From NCBI GenBank assembly GCA_963663965.2, contig CAXXFK010000002.1, positions 17,789 through 81,788 of the forward strand: a DNA stretch of 64,000 nucleotides, given 5' to 3'. The translations under genes and the position numbers were made by a program. Source of the stretch: Sedimentisphaerales bacterium. Lineage in GTDB: Bacteria > Planctomycetota > Phycisphaerae > Sedimentisphaerales > SM23-30. Positions 31,543 through 41,934 of the stretch are shown one piece after another (position 1 is the stretch's first letter; each line of letters opens with the position of its first letter). A model generated the notes under the pieces. It made no database searches. It had not been told where the DNA came from and worked only from the letters and a program-made list of their open reading frames with translations.

Positions 31543-34500
31543 ATGAGTAAAAAAGATTTACCATCAAAAAATAAATATCGGGAAACTTTTTCAAAAAATC
31601 ATCTGACTCAAGATTCAAGAACTGTATATTTGAAATACGAATATCATATAGAGATCTGTTGTGATTTCGAGAGAGCAAAGCCGGATTACCATTATATAAA
31701 AATAGGAATATATGATACTGCACGGCGAACACATATCAGGGAAACAATTATCATCAATTCGCATTTATCCTATGAAATAAAGACTTCCATTAAATCAACG
31801 GTAAAAAACAAATGTGCTGTGTATGAGGATGTCAAACATTTTGCAGAGCTTATATATTTACTTAATCTTAAATACGATTATGATAGACTAATACGAGGAT
31901 ATAATTCAGATAATGCCGGTTTTTTACATACCTGTGAAATATCAAAATTAAATGATGTAGAGAAAAAAACAAGAGTTGGGAAATCTTTGTATGTTACCTT
32001 AGGAAAGTTCATAGTATCAAACCAAAAGGACAAAGCATGGAAGCTGTTAAATGATGTTTTTGTAAATCCTGACCAATTGTATCACTTGATTTGCTATATC
32101 GGTGTGAGTACTTTGAGAGAAAGAGAAAAAGAGGAAGCACAACTTCTCTGGTGGCTTAATATTAGTAAGGATGACAATATCTGTTTAAGATATTTGAACG
32201 GTGATAATATTGATCGAAGTAGCGAGAGTTATAAAAGATTACTCAGCGGCATGTTTTCTTGTCTTGATGATGAATTAGAAAGTTTGCCGGAATTAATAAA
32301 AAATGCTGAAGACAAAATAGGCACGTTAAACGGCACAGAAACCAATGTTGGCAAAAACACAATAAAAACATTTAAACATCATCTTAAAGCAATTGCTGAG
32401 GCTCATCTTCAGGAAAAGTTGCATGGTAAGGCTTGTATAAAATTTAGACTTGAAATTGGTGAATATGATAACGAAAATATAACTTCGATGAATTCAATCA
32501 GGCCAGGTAATGAGAGAGAGCGAAGATGGAAAGATTTAACCTGTGAAGACTTGGAAGATATCAATGGAATAAATGTTCTGAGTTCTGACGCAGGATGTGG
32601 TAAAACAACTTTATTGAGAACGCTCCAGGTAGATATAATTGAGAGAACGGATTATATTCCCCTCTACTTAGAGGCTGCAGAAATAGTCAAATGGACATTT
32701 GATAAGTATGACTATATGTCCTTTAAGGATAAATTATCTGAATACTATAAAGCTATCATTGAAAAGGATAAGATGGGTGATTTATTGGATAGCCACAAAG
32801 ATAAACTGTATTTTATAATTGATGGCCTCGATCAAATCGAAGGAGTTGGTAGTGAATATGCAAATTTAGTAAATAGAATTATCAGCTTATTTCCAGATAA
32901 AGGAGAAAAAAGGATTATTATTGCCTCAAGACCCTTTGCCTTATCGGCCATCGAAACAAATGCACAAACTAGTCTGCTTAGACTGAAAAAGTTTAACGAT
33001 AGTGATTTACTGGCATATTTTGGATGTAATTATGATATTGCAAAGAAGTTATGTCAGAGATGTATGGAATTGCTTTGCGTTCCCATGCTTGCATATATGG
33101 TAAGATATCTTATCGAAAATAATGAGACTGAAAGCCTCAGCAATCGCACCGATATTTATCGAAGATATGTTAATTATATTCTCAATAATTCAAACCTAAG
33201 ATACAGGCATGATAATCTCAAAATATCTGACCAAACCAAAAGAGGCATACTGCGAGTCTTATCGGAGATTAGCTATAATGCAATAGCCCAAGAACGACCT
33301 TTATTTCAGGCAATACCATTTGATATTGTAGATCGATGCTCAAAAGATAATGGTATTGTTACGGATGAATTATTTAAACTTGGTATGATAAATCAATTGG
33401 GTAATAATATCTATTTTTGTCATCAGTCATTTCAGGAATATTTGGCTGCTGTTTATATTGCACTAGACGATTCACTGATTGATAAAGTTCTTCTTGAAAA
33501 ATGGAATCCTAAGTGGGAAGAAACACTCAAATTTCTAACAGGAATAAAAGGGCAAGTAATTATCGATAAGATATTGGCTGAAAAGGATAACATTATTCAT
33601 GCGAAGACATTTCAAGCAGCAAAATTTGTCCTAGAAACAGATGTAACCAAAGTATTCAAAGGAGAGATTATAAGTAAAGTTGAAGCTTTATTATGTATTC
33701 CTTTCTTTTCTGATGATGCTTTAGGATGTTTAGCTTATATTGATTATGATAAAGCAATGGATAGCCTTAAATATCTAATCATGAATGACAATGACTGTCT
33801 GGGCATACCGTCTATAATTCAACAATTAAATGTAACTATCAGAGATGATATTACTGAAATATTGGCTGATAAACTCTCGTATAATAATTGTGAAAATGTT
33901 GATGTGCTATTATTTATAATGGCAAAATTAAAAATTAAAATTAACCAATACATAATTAGTAAAATAATTGATGTAATTCCATTTGCTCATTATTTATCGT
34001 TTCATGAAATAGCATGCATATTACGAAAAGGTAATGGTGATTCAATAAATAGCATAGTAAAGCTATTAGGTAGTGTAAATTATCAAATAAGAGATGAGGC
34101 ATTAAGTATCATTAATGAACTTAAAGACAGAATTAATGAAGACTCATTGAAGATAATTATTTCTTACATAAGCAATGATGATGATGATATAGTCGAATCT
34201 GCAATTAGTGCCCTTGAAATAATAAATTATAATGTTAGTGATACTATCATTGAGACTATTATTGGATTGCTTGAAAAGAATAACGCTCAAATAATTCTAT
34301 CTGTGTCAAGTATTCTTGCTAAGGCAGAGATAAAATATCGCAAAAGAGCATCGCTTGTAATAATGAATTATATGGAATGTTCAAGCCTAATAATTCTCCA
34401 GGCATTAATTCGTGGTATAGGGATATTAAATATAAGTCTAGATAATAAAATACTAAATAAAATAGCCAATTATTTACATCATGAAAGTGGCGGTATTGTT

Positions 34501-35550
34501 CTTGAATCTCTAAAAATACTTAGCGCACAAAAAGAAAATATCAATACCCAGATTATAATTGAAATAATAAAATGCCTTGAACGGGCAGAGCCTAATGTTA
34601 TTGAGGAAACAATTAATATAATCCTATCCAGTGAAGAATTAATCACGGAAAAAGTGTATCTTGTATTAATAAGCACTATCAAGAATAATAATTCTCGTGT
34701 CAAAGGTATTATTAAGAAAGTATTGTTGAGAATAAATGATGACACTGTTCTGAAAAAGCGTCTTCTCGATATACTTATTTCTATGAACCATGAGATTGCC
34801 GCAAATAGTATTAATTCTATAAATAAATATATTTATAAAGAAGATAATAATAATCTTGCAAATGTTATTAGTCTATTACAATCTGAGGATGAAGAAATTG
34901 TAATTACTTCAATTGATACGCTATGCTCTCTCGGTATAAACATAGATAATGAGTGCCTTGAAAATCTTATTAGATTGTGTGATTCGGATAATCCTAGAAT
35001 CGTTCTTAAAGCGGCTGAATACCTTAAAGACAAGAAATACAATATAAATGAATATGTCCTTAATAATATGACATGGGCATATGATGTCAATTCAATCTAT
35101 AAAGTGATAAATGGTGTTGAAGTGCTAATAGATATGAATATGAGCATTGATGTTAGAATCATAAAAAAAATGATAGAGGTGTTTATAGAAATGGATGAGA
35201 GTGCTCAGATTACAATTATGCATGCAATCATAGATAATAAAACATCTTTAAGAAAGGACGACATAGAGTGTGTAATTAATATATTAAAGAAATGTCCTAA
35301 TGAGTCAGTTAAATATCTCTTAGATATACTAATTGGTTTAGTTGAAAATCTCGACGAGGATATGATAAATAAACTCGCCATGCAATTTAAAATGTTAACA
35401 GAAAAGGCCATAACGCCTCAAATGTTGGGATTTCAATTCATCAAAAAATCTTTAAATGACTATCACGAAACATTATTACAATATTCCAGATATAAAGAGC
35501 TATGGTTATTATTATATCAAAACGGTAAGCTTGAATCTTTGGCAGTATAA
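31543..35550 (+). CDS. NACHT-domain STAND NTPase with C-terminal HEAT/ARM-like repeats (NLR-like)
   Basis: DAGCGKTT, IIDGLDQ, IIASRP, VPML, FCHQSFQEYLAA, WEETLKFL, then helical repeats; markedly AT-rich. Confidence 0.85.
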   Translation: MSKKDLPSKNKYRETFSKNHLTQDSRTVYLKYEYHIEICCDFERAKPDYHYIKIGIYDTARRTHIRETIIINSHLSYEIKTSIKSTVKNKCAVYEDVKHFAELIYLLNLKYDYDRLIRGYNSDNAGFLHTCEISKLNDVEKKTRVGKSLYVTLGKFIVSNQKDKAWKLLNDVFVNPDQLYHLICYIGVSTLREREKEEAQLLWWLNISKDDNICLRYLNGDNIDRSSESYKRLLSGMFSCLDDELESLPELIKNAEDKIGTLNGTETNVGKNTIKTFKHHLKAIAEAHLQEKLHGKACIKFRLEIGEYDNENITSMNSIRPGNERERRWKDLTCEDLEDINGINVLSSDAGCGKTTLLRTLQVDIIERTDYIPLYLEAAEIVKWTFDKYDYMSFKDKLSEYYKAIIEKDKMGDLLDSHKDKLYFIIDGLDQIEGVGSEYANLVNRIISLFPDKGEKRIIIASRPFALSAIETNAQTSLLRLKKFNDSDLLAYFGCNYDIAKKLCQRCMELLCVPMLAYMVRYLIENNETESLSNRTDIYRRYVNYILNNSNLRYRHDNLKISDQTKRGILRVLSEISYNAIAQERPLFQAIPFDIVDRCSKDNGIVTDELFKLGMINQLGNNIYFCHQSFQEYLAAVYIALDDSLIDKVLLEKWNPKWEETLKFLTGIKGQVIIDKILAEKDNIIHAKTFQAAKFVLETDVTKVFKGEIISKVEALLCIPFFSDDALGCLAYIDYDKAMDSLKYLIMNDNDCLGIPSIIQQLNVTIRDDITEILADKLSYNNCENVDVLLFIMAKLKIKINQYIISKIIDVIPFAHYLSFHEIACILRKGNGDSINSIVKLLGSVNYQIRDEALSIINELKDRINEDSLKIIISYISNDDDDIVESAISALEIINYNVSDTIIETIIGLLEKNNAQIILSVSSILAKAEIKYRKRASLVIMNYMECSSLIILQALIRGIGILNISLDNKILNKIANYLHHESGGIVLESLKILSAQKENINTQIIIEIIKCLERAEPNVIEETINIILSSEELITEKVYLVLISTIKNNNSRVKGIIKKVLLRINDDTVLKKRLLDILISMNHEIAANSINSINKYIYKEDNNNLANVISLLQSEDEEIVITSIDTLCSLGINIDNECLENLIRLCDSDNPRIVLKAAEYLKDKKYNINEYVLNNMTWAYDVNSIYKVINGVEVLIDMNMSIDVRIIKKMIEVFIEMDESAQITIMHAIIDNKTSLRKDDIECVINILKKCPNESVKYLLDILIGLVENLDEDMINKLAMQFKMLTEKAITPQMLGFQFIKKSLNDYHETLLQYSRYKELWLLLYQNGKLESLAV

Positions 35551-35860
35551 TTATGAGTGTACTATTGGCGAGCGCGAGTAAATAAAAAACTGATTATGAT
35601 GGATTTTGGGAATATGGTAAAATATTTTTCGGTAGCGCCATAAAACTGGCAAGGAGTTGCGAACGCTTGAGATGTACTTAAAAAGGGTTAGCGACAACAT
35701 TGGCCCCGAGTCATATGAGTATACCGGCTACGGTATACTGTGTCTTTCCGGCAAGGGTGCGTGAAATAATTTTGGGCGGGTGGTATCATCGGGGTCATCA
35801 GTCTGGATTCGCCTGAGGTTGGCGGAGGCTGAGGTAAAAATGTTCAATCGAGGATGGCCC

Positions 35861-36256
35861 ATGAACAAGCAAAACGCTGAATTACCGGCCGAATTGGCAT
35901 CGGCCCTGGAGCAATTTACTCATTGGCGGGCAGAACATAAGCCTCCCACCCGGTTTCCTGACCAGTTATGGTCGCTGGCGGCCGAGCTGGCCAGCCGGCA
36001 CGGCCATCACCGGGTCTGTCGGGTTTTGAAGCTGGACTATTACAGTCTGAAGAAGCGTCTGGAACCCGGCTCAGCCAACCCCAAGCAAAGTCAAGCCCCG
36101 GCCTTTGTCGAGTTTCTGCCGGATAAAACCAGCTCAACCCGTTCCTGCACCATTGAATGCGAGAGCGCCCGCGGCGACCGTATCCGCATCCATCTGGATG
36201 GCAGAGACCTTTCGGAGCTGAGAATATTCTGCTCAGCGCTCTGGAGCGGTCTTTGA
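35861..36256 (+). CDS. tnpA: IS66 accessory protein TnpA
   Basis: HTH-like region, FVEF motif; TGATG overlap with tnpB. Confidence 0.8.
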   Translation: MNKQNAELPAELASALEQFTHWRAEHKPPTRFPDQLWSLAAELASRHGHHRVCRVLKLDYYSLKKRLEPGSANPKQSQAPAFVEFLPDKTSSTRSCTIECESARGDRIRIHLDGRDLSELRIFCSALWSGL

Positions 36257-36606
36257 TGATCCAGGTGACGCCCCAGATGCGGGTGCTGGTCGCGACCGGT
36301 CCGGTGGATTTCCGTAAAGGCATCGACGGTCTGGCCCGGCTGTGCCGGTCGGTCCTTCAGGAAGACCCGTTCAGCGGTGGTGTGTTTGTGTTTGGCAATC
36401 GCAGCCGCAAAGCCATCAAGATATTGGTCTACGACGGCCAGGGGTTCTGGATGTGCCAGAAGCGGCTGTCGCAGGGTCGGTTTCGTTTTTGGCCCGGCTC
36501 GCAGATGGCCGGCCAGCGACTGGAATCGTATCAGTTGTCCGTGTTGTTATCCGGCGGCGATCCCGATCAGGCCTGCGGGGCAAAACCCTGGCGGCGGATC
36601 CATTAA
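36256..36606 (+). CDS. tnpB: IS66 accessory protein TnpB
   Basis: PVDFRKGIDGL, FVFGNR, YDGQGFW..KRL..GRF.WP. Confidence 0.95.
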   Translation: MIQVTPQMRVLVATGPVDFRKGIDGLARLCRSVLQEDPFSGGVFVFGNRSRKAIKILVYDGQGFWMCQKRLSQGRFRFWPGSQMAGQRLESYQLSVLLSGGDPDQACGAKPWRRIH

Positions 36607-36639
36607 AGCCTGGCCCTGTTCCGGTCCGATAAGGTTGCC

Positions 36640-38283
36640 ATGGTCAAGTTGAATAAAATCAAAAAGCGACGACGCAGGCCGGCTCCAGCCCCGAAACCCG
36701 CTTCACCGGCCGAGCCGGTGATTGAGCTGGATATAGAAGAGTTGCAGGCGCTTCTTGAAAAAGCCAGAACCGAACCCTTGAGCGATGAGGATGCCACAAA
36801 GCTTGGCGCAGCCCTGGAGATGTTAGGCAACCTGGGCTCTGAGCTGGACAAGAAGAAGGTGTCGATCCAGCGTCTCAAGCAGATGTTGTTTGGTCAATCG
36901 ACCGAGAAGACCGAGACTGTCTTTAAGGACAAGAAGGATGATGAGGGTCAGGATAAGCAAGCCAACCCAAAAGAGAAACCGCCCAAAAAGCCGGCCCCGG
37001 GTCATGGCCGTAATGGCGCGGACTGTTATACCGGCGGGACCCGGACCGAGGTCAAGCATCCGGAGCTGAAAGCCGGCGATCCCTGTCCGGACTGTCAGAA
37101 AGGCACGGTCTACCAACATTCCAAACCGGCCCGGCTGGTGCGGATCAGCGGTCATGCTCCTTTGCGGGCCGGGGTCTATGAACTGGAAAAGCTGCGGTGC
37201 CATCTGTGCGGCAAAGTCTTTACTGCGCCGGCTCCCCAGGGTGTGGGCGAAGACAAATACGATGCCGAATCGGCGGCGATGATCGCATTGTTGAAATACG
37301 GCAGTGGGGTTCCATTCAATCGCCTGGCGCGTCTGCAGGGGAATCTGGGCGTGCCCCTGCCGACATCAAACCAATGGGAGATCGTCCAGGAGGCATCCGA
37401 TGACATTGATCCGGTTTACCGGGAGTTGATTCATCAGGCGGCGCAGGGCCAGGTGCTTCATAATGATGACACAACGATGAAGATCCTGAAATATCAGCCG
37501 CCTGAACCGGGCCGCAAAGGGATCTTTACCTCCGGGATCGTCTCGGTTCTGGAAGACAACCGGCGGATCGCGTTGTTCTTTACCGGCCAGAAGCATGCCG
37601 GGGAGAATCTGATGGAGCTCTTACGCCATCGCGATGAGCGTCTGGATCAACCGGTGCAGATGTGCGATGCCCTGAGCCGGAACATGCCCGAGGGCATGAA
37701 GGTGATGGTGAGCAACTGTCTGGTGCATGGCCGGCGCGGTTTTGTGGAGGTGGCTGATAACTTCCCGGAAGAATGCCTGTTCGTACTGGAGACCTTGAAA
37801 ACGGTCTATCATAACGATGACCAGACCAAAGGCATGACCGATTCGGAACGGCTGGCCTGGCATCAGGCTCATAGCGGGCCGGTGATGGAAAAACTCTATA
37901 ACTGGATGAATGAGCAGTTGGATCAGCACCAGGTGGAGCCCAACAGCACACTGGGCGGCGCGATCCGTTATATGATCAGGCACTGGGAGAAACTGACGCT
38001 GTTTTTACGCGAGCCGGGCGCTCCGCTGGACAATAATATTTGCGAACGGGCGTTGAAGAAGGCCATTCTGCACCGCAAGAACGCTTACTTCTACCAAACA
38101 GAGAACGGGGCCAGGGTGGGCGATCTTTATATGAGCCTGATTCATACCTGCGAACTGAACCAGGTCAATCCATTCGACTATCTGACCGAATTGCAGAAGA
38201 ACAAAACCGCCATCATCACCGAGCTGGCAAAATGGCTGCCCTGGAACTATCGGGACAATCTCCAGCCAGTCTCGCCAGACTGA
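36640..38283 (+). CDS. tnpC: IS66 DDE transposase TnpC
   Basis: LFGQSTEK, CPDC/CHLC zinc finger, HNDDT, CLVHGRRGF, DNNICERALK. Confidence 0.95.
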   Translation: MVKLNKIKKRRRRPAPAPKPASPAEPVIELDIEELQALLEKARTEPLSDEDATKLGAALEMLGNLGSELDKKKVSIQRLKQMLFGQSTEKTETVFKDKKDDEGQDKQANPKEKPPKKPAPGHGRNGADCYTGGTRTEVKHPELKAGDPCPDCQKGTVYQHSKPARLVRISGHAPLRAGVYELEKLRCHLCGKVFTAPAPQGVGEDKYDAESAAMIALLKYGSGVPFNRLARLQGNLGVPLPTSNQWEIVQEASDDIDPVYRELIHQAAQGQVLHNDDTTMKILKYQPPEPGRKGIFTSGIVSVLEDNRRIALFFTGQKHAGENLMELLRHRDERLDQPVQMCDALSRNMPEGMKVMVSNCLVHGRRGFVEVADNFPEECLFVLETLKTVYHNDDQTKGMTDSERLAWHQAHSGPVMEKLYNWMNEQLDQHQVEPNSTLGGAIRYMIRHWEKLTLFLREPGAPLDNNICERALKKAILHRKNAYFYQTENGARVGDLYMSLIHTCELNQVNPFDYLTELQKNKTAIITELAKWLPWNYRDNLQPVSPD

Positions 38284-38402
38284 CGCCAGACTGATATCCC
38301 GCCGTATCCGGGATTTTTTCGGGAATTTCAGATTTTTCACCCTTGCCGGAAGGACACGGTATACTTGTTGCGTTGACAGGGGAAGATGCGAGGGCATTGA
38401 GT

Positions 38403-38645
38403 TGTCAAGGGGCGGTCCAAACGGTCATGTTGAAGAATGTCTCATAGACCCTTTAAAGATGCCTACGAAAGGTGCTTTATAAGGCCAACAAGTTCAGCAT
38501 GGTAGAGACAAACAAGATTCTAACTCTTTGAGAACATGGCAATTCCCAGCGGAAATGGCCTATCGGCTCGGCTTGCATAGTCATAAGGTCAGCCGGTATG
38601 TACGGCTTGTAAGTGAGAAGGTAAATATGTTCGTATTGCCAAACA
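38403..38645 (+). pseudogene. IS21-family left end with a broken istA N-terminus
   Basis: Begins TGTCAAGGGGCGG (IS21-like end); decayed frame ANKFSMVETNKILTL*EHGNSQRK/MAYRLGLHSHKVSRYVR resembles the IstA HTH. Confidence 0.55.
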
Positions 38646-38666
38646 GATAAGGTAAAATATTTTTCG

Positions 38667-40602
38667 GTAGCGCCAGGTAACTGGCAAGGAGTAGCGGATG
38701 CAAGAGCCGTACAATGAAGGTTTAGCAAACCACATTGGCCCCGAGTCATGTGGGCATACCGGTAACGGTATGCTTGAAGCGTTGACAGGGGAAGATGCGG
38801 GCTGGGTATTGAGCCGCGTAAGTTTGTACATTATAGAACGGAGTGCCGACGCTGTCGAAAATGTCGGAAGGCAACACCGGATGTCTTATTATCGCGAGAG
38901 ACATTCCGGACTCCGCGCGGTCGAAGACCCCAGGCACGCATGGACACTTCTTGCACAGGAACTGGGAGATCCCTTGTTTGGCCTCAGGACACATTATCCT
39001 GTGGTCCGCACAGAAAATCCAATTGGAGTACTGCTGTGATGAACGAACAGGGGAAGTCGGACAGGCCCATAGTACCTAAGAAGTTCTCGAACAAAGAGGC
39101 TGGTTGCCATGCCTTGGCGGAGAGGATAGAGGGAAGGGGCCTGACCAAGGGCAATTCGTCTCTACTGCACAAGTGCCGGACACCGGGCCGGGAAAGCTTG
39201 CCAAACGCATTAGAACGAATACGACAGGCAGCCACCCGGGATAAACAGCTAAAGTTTACTTCCCTGTGGCATCATGTCTATCATGTCGACTACCTGAGAG
39301 AAGAATTCTATCGCATTAAGCGGCAGGCTTCCCCGGGTGTGGACGACCAGACATGGCAAGAGTATGAGGCCGGGTTAGAGAACAATCTCAATAGCCTGGC
39401 AGAACGACTGAGAAAGGGGGCATATCGGGCAAAACCGGTAAGGCGGGTATTCATCCCCAAACCGGATGGACGCCAGCGTCCCATTGGTATTACTACCATT
39501 GAGGATAAAATCGTCCAGCGTAGCACGACTACGGTATTGAACGCTATTTATGAGGCTGACTTCAAAGGCTTCTCCTATGGCTTTCGTCCCGGTCGCAGTG
39601 CTCACAACGCCTTAGATGCTCTCTATGTCGGCATACTCAAGCGTAAGATAAACTGGGTACTCGACGCTGACATCAGCGGCTTCTTTGATGCCATCGATCA
39701 CGATTGGCTGATTAGATTCGTCGAGCACCGAATCGGAGACCCGCGAGTAGTACGGCATATCAAGAAATGGTTGAATGCTGGAGTCGTGGAAGAAGACAAA
39801 CTTCTGCAGATCAAGGAAGGCACCCCGCAAGGTGGGAGCATATCGCCATTGCTGGCGAATATCTACCTTCATTATGTATTTGATCTGTGGGCTGACCAAT
39901 GGCGAAAGCGTAACGCCAAAGGGCATATGATTATCGTTCGATATGCTGACGATATCGTTGTCGGATTCCAATATCAATCGGATGCCAATAGATTTCATAC
40001 GGACCTGCAGAATCGATTTGGCAAGTTCAAGTTGAAGCTTCATCCGGCCAAAACCCGGCTCATTCAGTTCGGCCGCTATGCGACAGAACGAAGGACTACT
40101 CAAGGTAAAGGCAAGCCTGAGACATTCGACTTTCTTGGCTTTACGCACATCTGTTCCAAGTCAAGTAAAGGTCGGTTTATGTTGCTCCGGTTGCCGATGA
40201 GAAAGCGGGTGCAGGCCAAGCTAAAGGAAATCAAGGAACAGCTAAAATACCGGCGCTATACCTCGATTCCGGAGATGGGCCAGTGGCTTCACTCTGTTAT
40301 CAGCGGCTGGTACCGATACTACGCCGTTCCTAATACATCTCGCTATCTTGGCACCTTTCGCCGTAGGGTCGCCTGGCTTTGGTTCAGAGCGTTAAGAAGA
40401 CGCAGTCAACGAAGCCGCATGACCTGGAGGCGAATGTACCAACTGATAGCAAGATGGCTTCCGCAGCCTAAAATTCTGCATCCGTACCCCCAGGCACGCT
40501 TACAAGCTGCTCGTTATGACCCGAGGTAGGAGCCGTATGCGGTAGTTCCGCTCGTACGGATCTGTGCGGGGGGCTGGGAGTAATCCCAGTCCCTACCGCG
40601 AC
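38667..40602 (+). mobile_element. Group II intron (RT/maturase, no endonuclease domain)
   Basis: Domain V/VI GAGCCGTATGCGGTAGTTCCGCTCGTACGGATCTGTGCGGGGGG...CCCTACCGCGAC ending in AC; boundaries fixed by the IS256 IR reconstruction. Confidence 0.92.
39039..40529 (+). CDS. ltrA: Group II intron reverse transcriptase/maturase
   Basis: PGVD, IPKPDGRQRPIG, SYGFRPGRS, GTPQGGSISPLLANIYL, RYADD, FDFLGF, domain X GWYRYY; start reset to MNEQ. Confidence 0.96.
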   Translation: MNEQGKSDRPIVPKKFSNKEAGCHALAERIEGRGLTKGNSSLLHKCRTPGRESLPNALERIRQAATRDKQLKFTSLWHHVYHVDYLREEFYRIKRQASPGVDDQTWQEYEAGLENNLNSLAERLRKGAYRAKPVRRVFIPKPDGRQRPIGITTIEDKIVQRSTTTVLNAIYEADFKGFSYGFRPGRSAHNALDALYVGILKRKINWVLDADISGFFDAIDHDWLIRFVEHRIGDPRVVRHIKKWLNAGVVEEDKLLQIKEGTPQGGSISPLLANIYLHYVFDLWADQWRKRNAKGHMIIVRYADDIVVGFQYQSDANRFHTDLQNRFGKFKLKLHPAKTRLIQFGRYATERRTTQGKGKPETFDFLGFTHICSKSSKGRFMLLRLPMRKRVQAKLKEIKEQLKYRRYTSIPEMGQWLHSVISGWYRYYAVPNTSRYLGTFRRRVAWLWFRALRRRSQRSRMTWRRMYQLIARWLPQPKILHPYPQARLQAARYDPR

Positions 40603-40677
40603 CACATATTATAGGACACCGTAAAAACAGTCCTTCATCTGGTCGATGAAGTTTTTGAAATAGTAACCGAAAACCAA

Positions 40678-41934
40678 ATGAAAGGACTGACTATGAGTCA
40701 AACAGAAGAATCGACCAGTGACGTTAGGAACTTGAACCAAATTTTAAAAATCGACCAATCCCAGATGAAGGATCAGTTGGGCCAGATGGTGCGCCAGAGT
40801 GTGGAAGACACGCTCAATGCCCTGCTGGACGCCGAGGCGGACCAGCTCTGCAACGCCCAGCGTTATGAACATACCCAGGCCCGCACCGATACCCGGGCGG
40901 GCTATTATCCGCGTAAGTTTCATACGACGACCGGCGAAGTGAATTTGAAGATGCCCAAGCTGCGAAAAACGACCTTTGAAACCGCCATCATCGAGCGCTA
41001 TAAACGCCGGGAGTCTTCGGTAGAAGAGGCCCTGATCGAGATGTATCTGGCCGGCGTTTCGGTCCGGCGTATCGAAGACATCGCCGAAAGCCTGTGGGGC
41101 GCCCGTGTCAGTGCGGGCACCATCAGCAATCTGAATCAGAAAGTCTATCAACAGATCGACCAATGGCGCAACCGCAAACTGGAAGGGTCGTATCCCTATG
41201 TCTATCTGGACGGCATCGTTTTGAAACGTTGCTGGGGCGGCGAAGTCAAGAATGTTTCGATTCTGGTGGCCATTGCCGTCGATCAGGAGGGCTATCGCGA
41301 AGTGCTGGGTTCCTGCGAGGGCGCCAAAGAGGATAAAGCCGGTTGGGGCGGTTTCTTACGCGATTTAAAGCGCCGCGGCCTGCAGGGCGTTCGCCTGTTT
41401 GTTTCCGACAAATGCCTGGGTCTGGTGGACGCGCTGGCCGAGGTTTTTCCGGAGGCCGACTGGCAGCGCTGCACGGTCCACTGGTATCGCAACGTGTTCA
41501 GTCATGTGCCGCGCAAGAAGGTGCGAGAGGTAGCGGCCATGCTCAAGGCCATCCATGCCCAGGAAGACCGCCAGGCGGCGATCCAGAAGGCCGAGCAAGT
41601 GATTGTCAAATTGCGGGAGATGAAACTGGGCAAGGCCGCTGAATTGGTCCAGGAAAGCTATCTCGAAACACTCACTTACTATCAATATCCCGACAAGCAC
41701 TGGCGGCAGTTGCGAACCAATAATCCACTGGAGCGGATCATGCGTGAGATTCGTCGTCGTACGCGCGTGGTGGGCAATTTCCCGGATGGTCACTCGGCCC
41801 TGATGCTGGCCACGGCCCGCCTGAGACATATTGCCGGCACCCAATGGGGTACGAGGCGTTATTTGAATATGGATCATTTGTATGAGTTGGAGAAGGAGAA
41901 AAAAGCTGAAAAAGAGGAGGTGGTCATGGCATGA
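40678..41934 (+). CDS. IS256-family transposase
   Basis: RAGYY.R, MYLAGVS.R, YVYLDG, SDKCLGL, QRCTVHWYRN, RTNNPLER. Confidence 0.96.
   Translation: MKGLTMSQTEESTSDVRNLNQILKIDQSQMKDQLGQMVRQSVEDTLNALLDAEADQLCNAQRYEHTQARTDTRAGYYPRKFHTTTGEVNLKMPKLRKTTFETAIIERYKRRESSVEEALIEMYLAGVSVRRIEDIAESLWGARVSAGTISNLNQKVYQQIDQWRNRKLEGSYPYVYLDGIVLKRCWGGEVKNVSILVAIAVDQEGYREVLGSCEGAKEDKAGWGGFLRDLKRRGLQGVRLFVSDKCLGLVDALAEVFPEADWQRCTVHWYRNVFSHVPRKKVREVAAMLKAIHAQEDRQAAIQKAEQVIVKLREMKLGKAAELVQESYLETLTYYQYPDKHWRQLRTNNPLERIMREIRRRTRVVGNFPDGHSALMLATARLRHIAGTQWGTRRYLNMDHLYELEKEKKAEKEEVVMA

Larger units (their letters stand above)
35740..38357 (+). mobile_element. IS66-family insertion sequence, complete
   Basis: Terminal IRs GTGTCTTTCCGGCAAGGGTG / GTGTCCTTCCGGCAAGGGTG (19/20); 8-bp TSD GGTATACT at 35732-35739 and 38358-38365. 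Confidence 0.95.
35611..38401 (+). pseudogene. Relic IS256 left-end::group II intron 5' fragment, interrupted by IS66
   Basis: 35611-35739 plus 38366-38401 align to 38646-38813 (GGTAAAATATTTTTCGGTAGCGCCA, CATTGGCCCCGAGTCAT, GCGTTGACAGGGGAAGATGCG). Confidence 0.85.

Noticed and set aside
39039..40529. RT as retron, DGR or defence RT
   Set aside because: Domain X and canonical intron domains V/VI follow the ORF; no TR/VR pair seen
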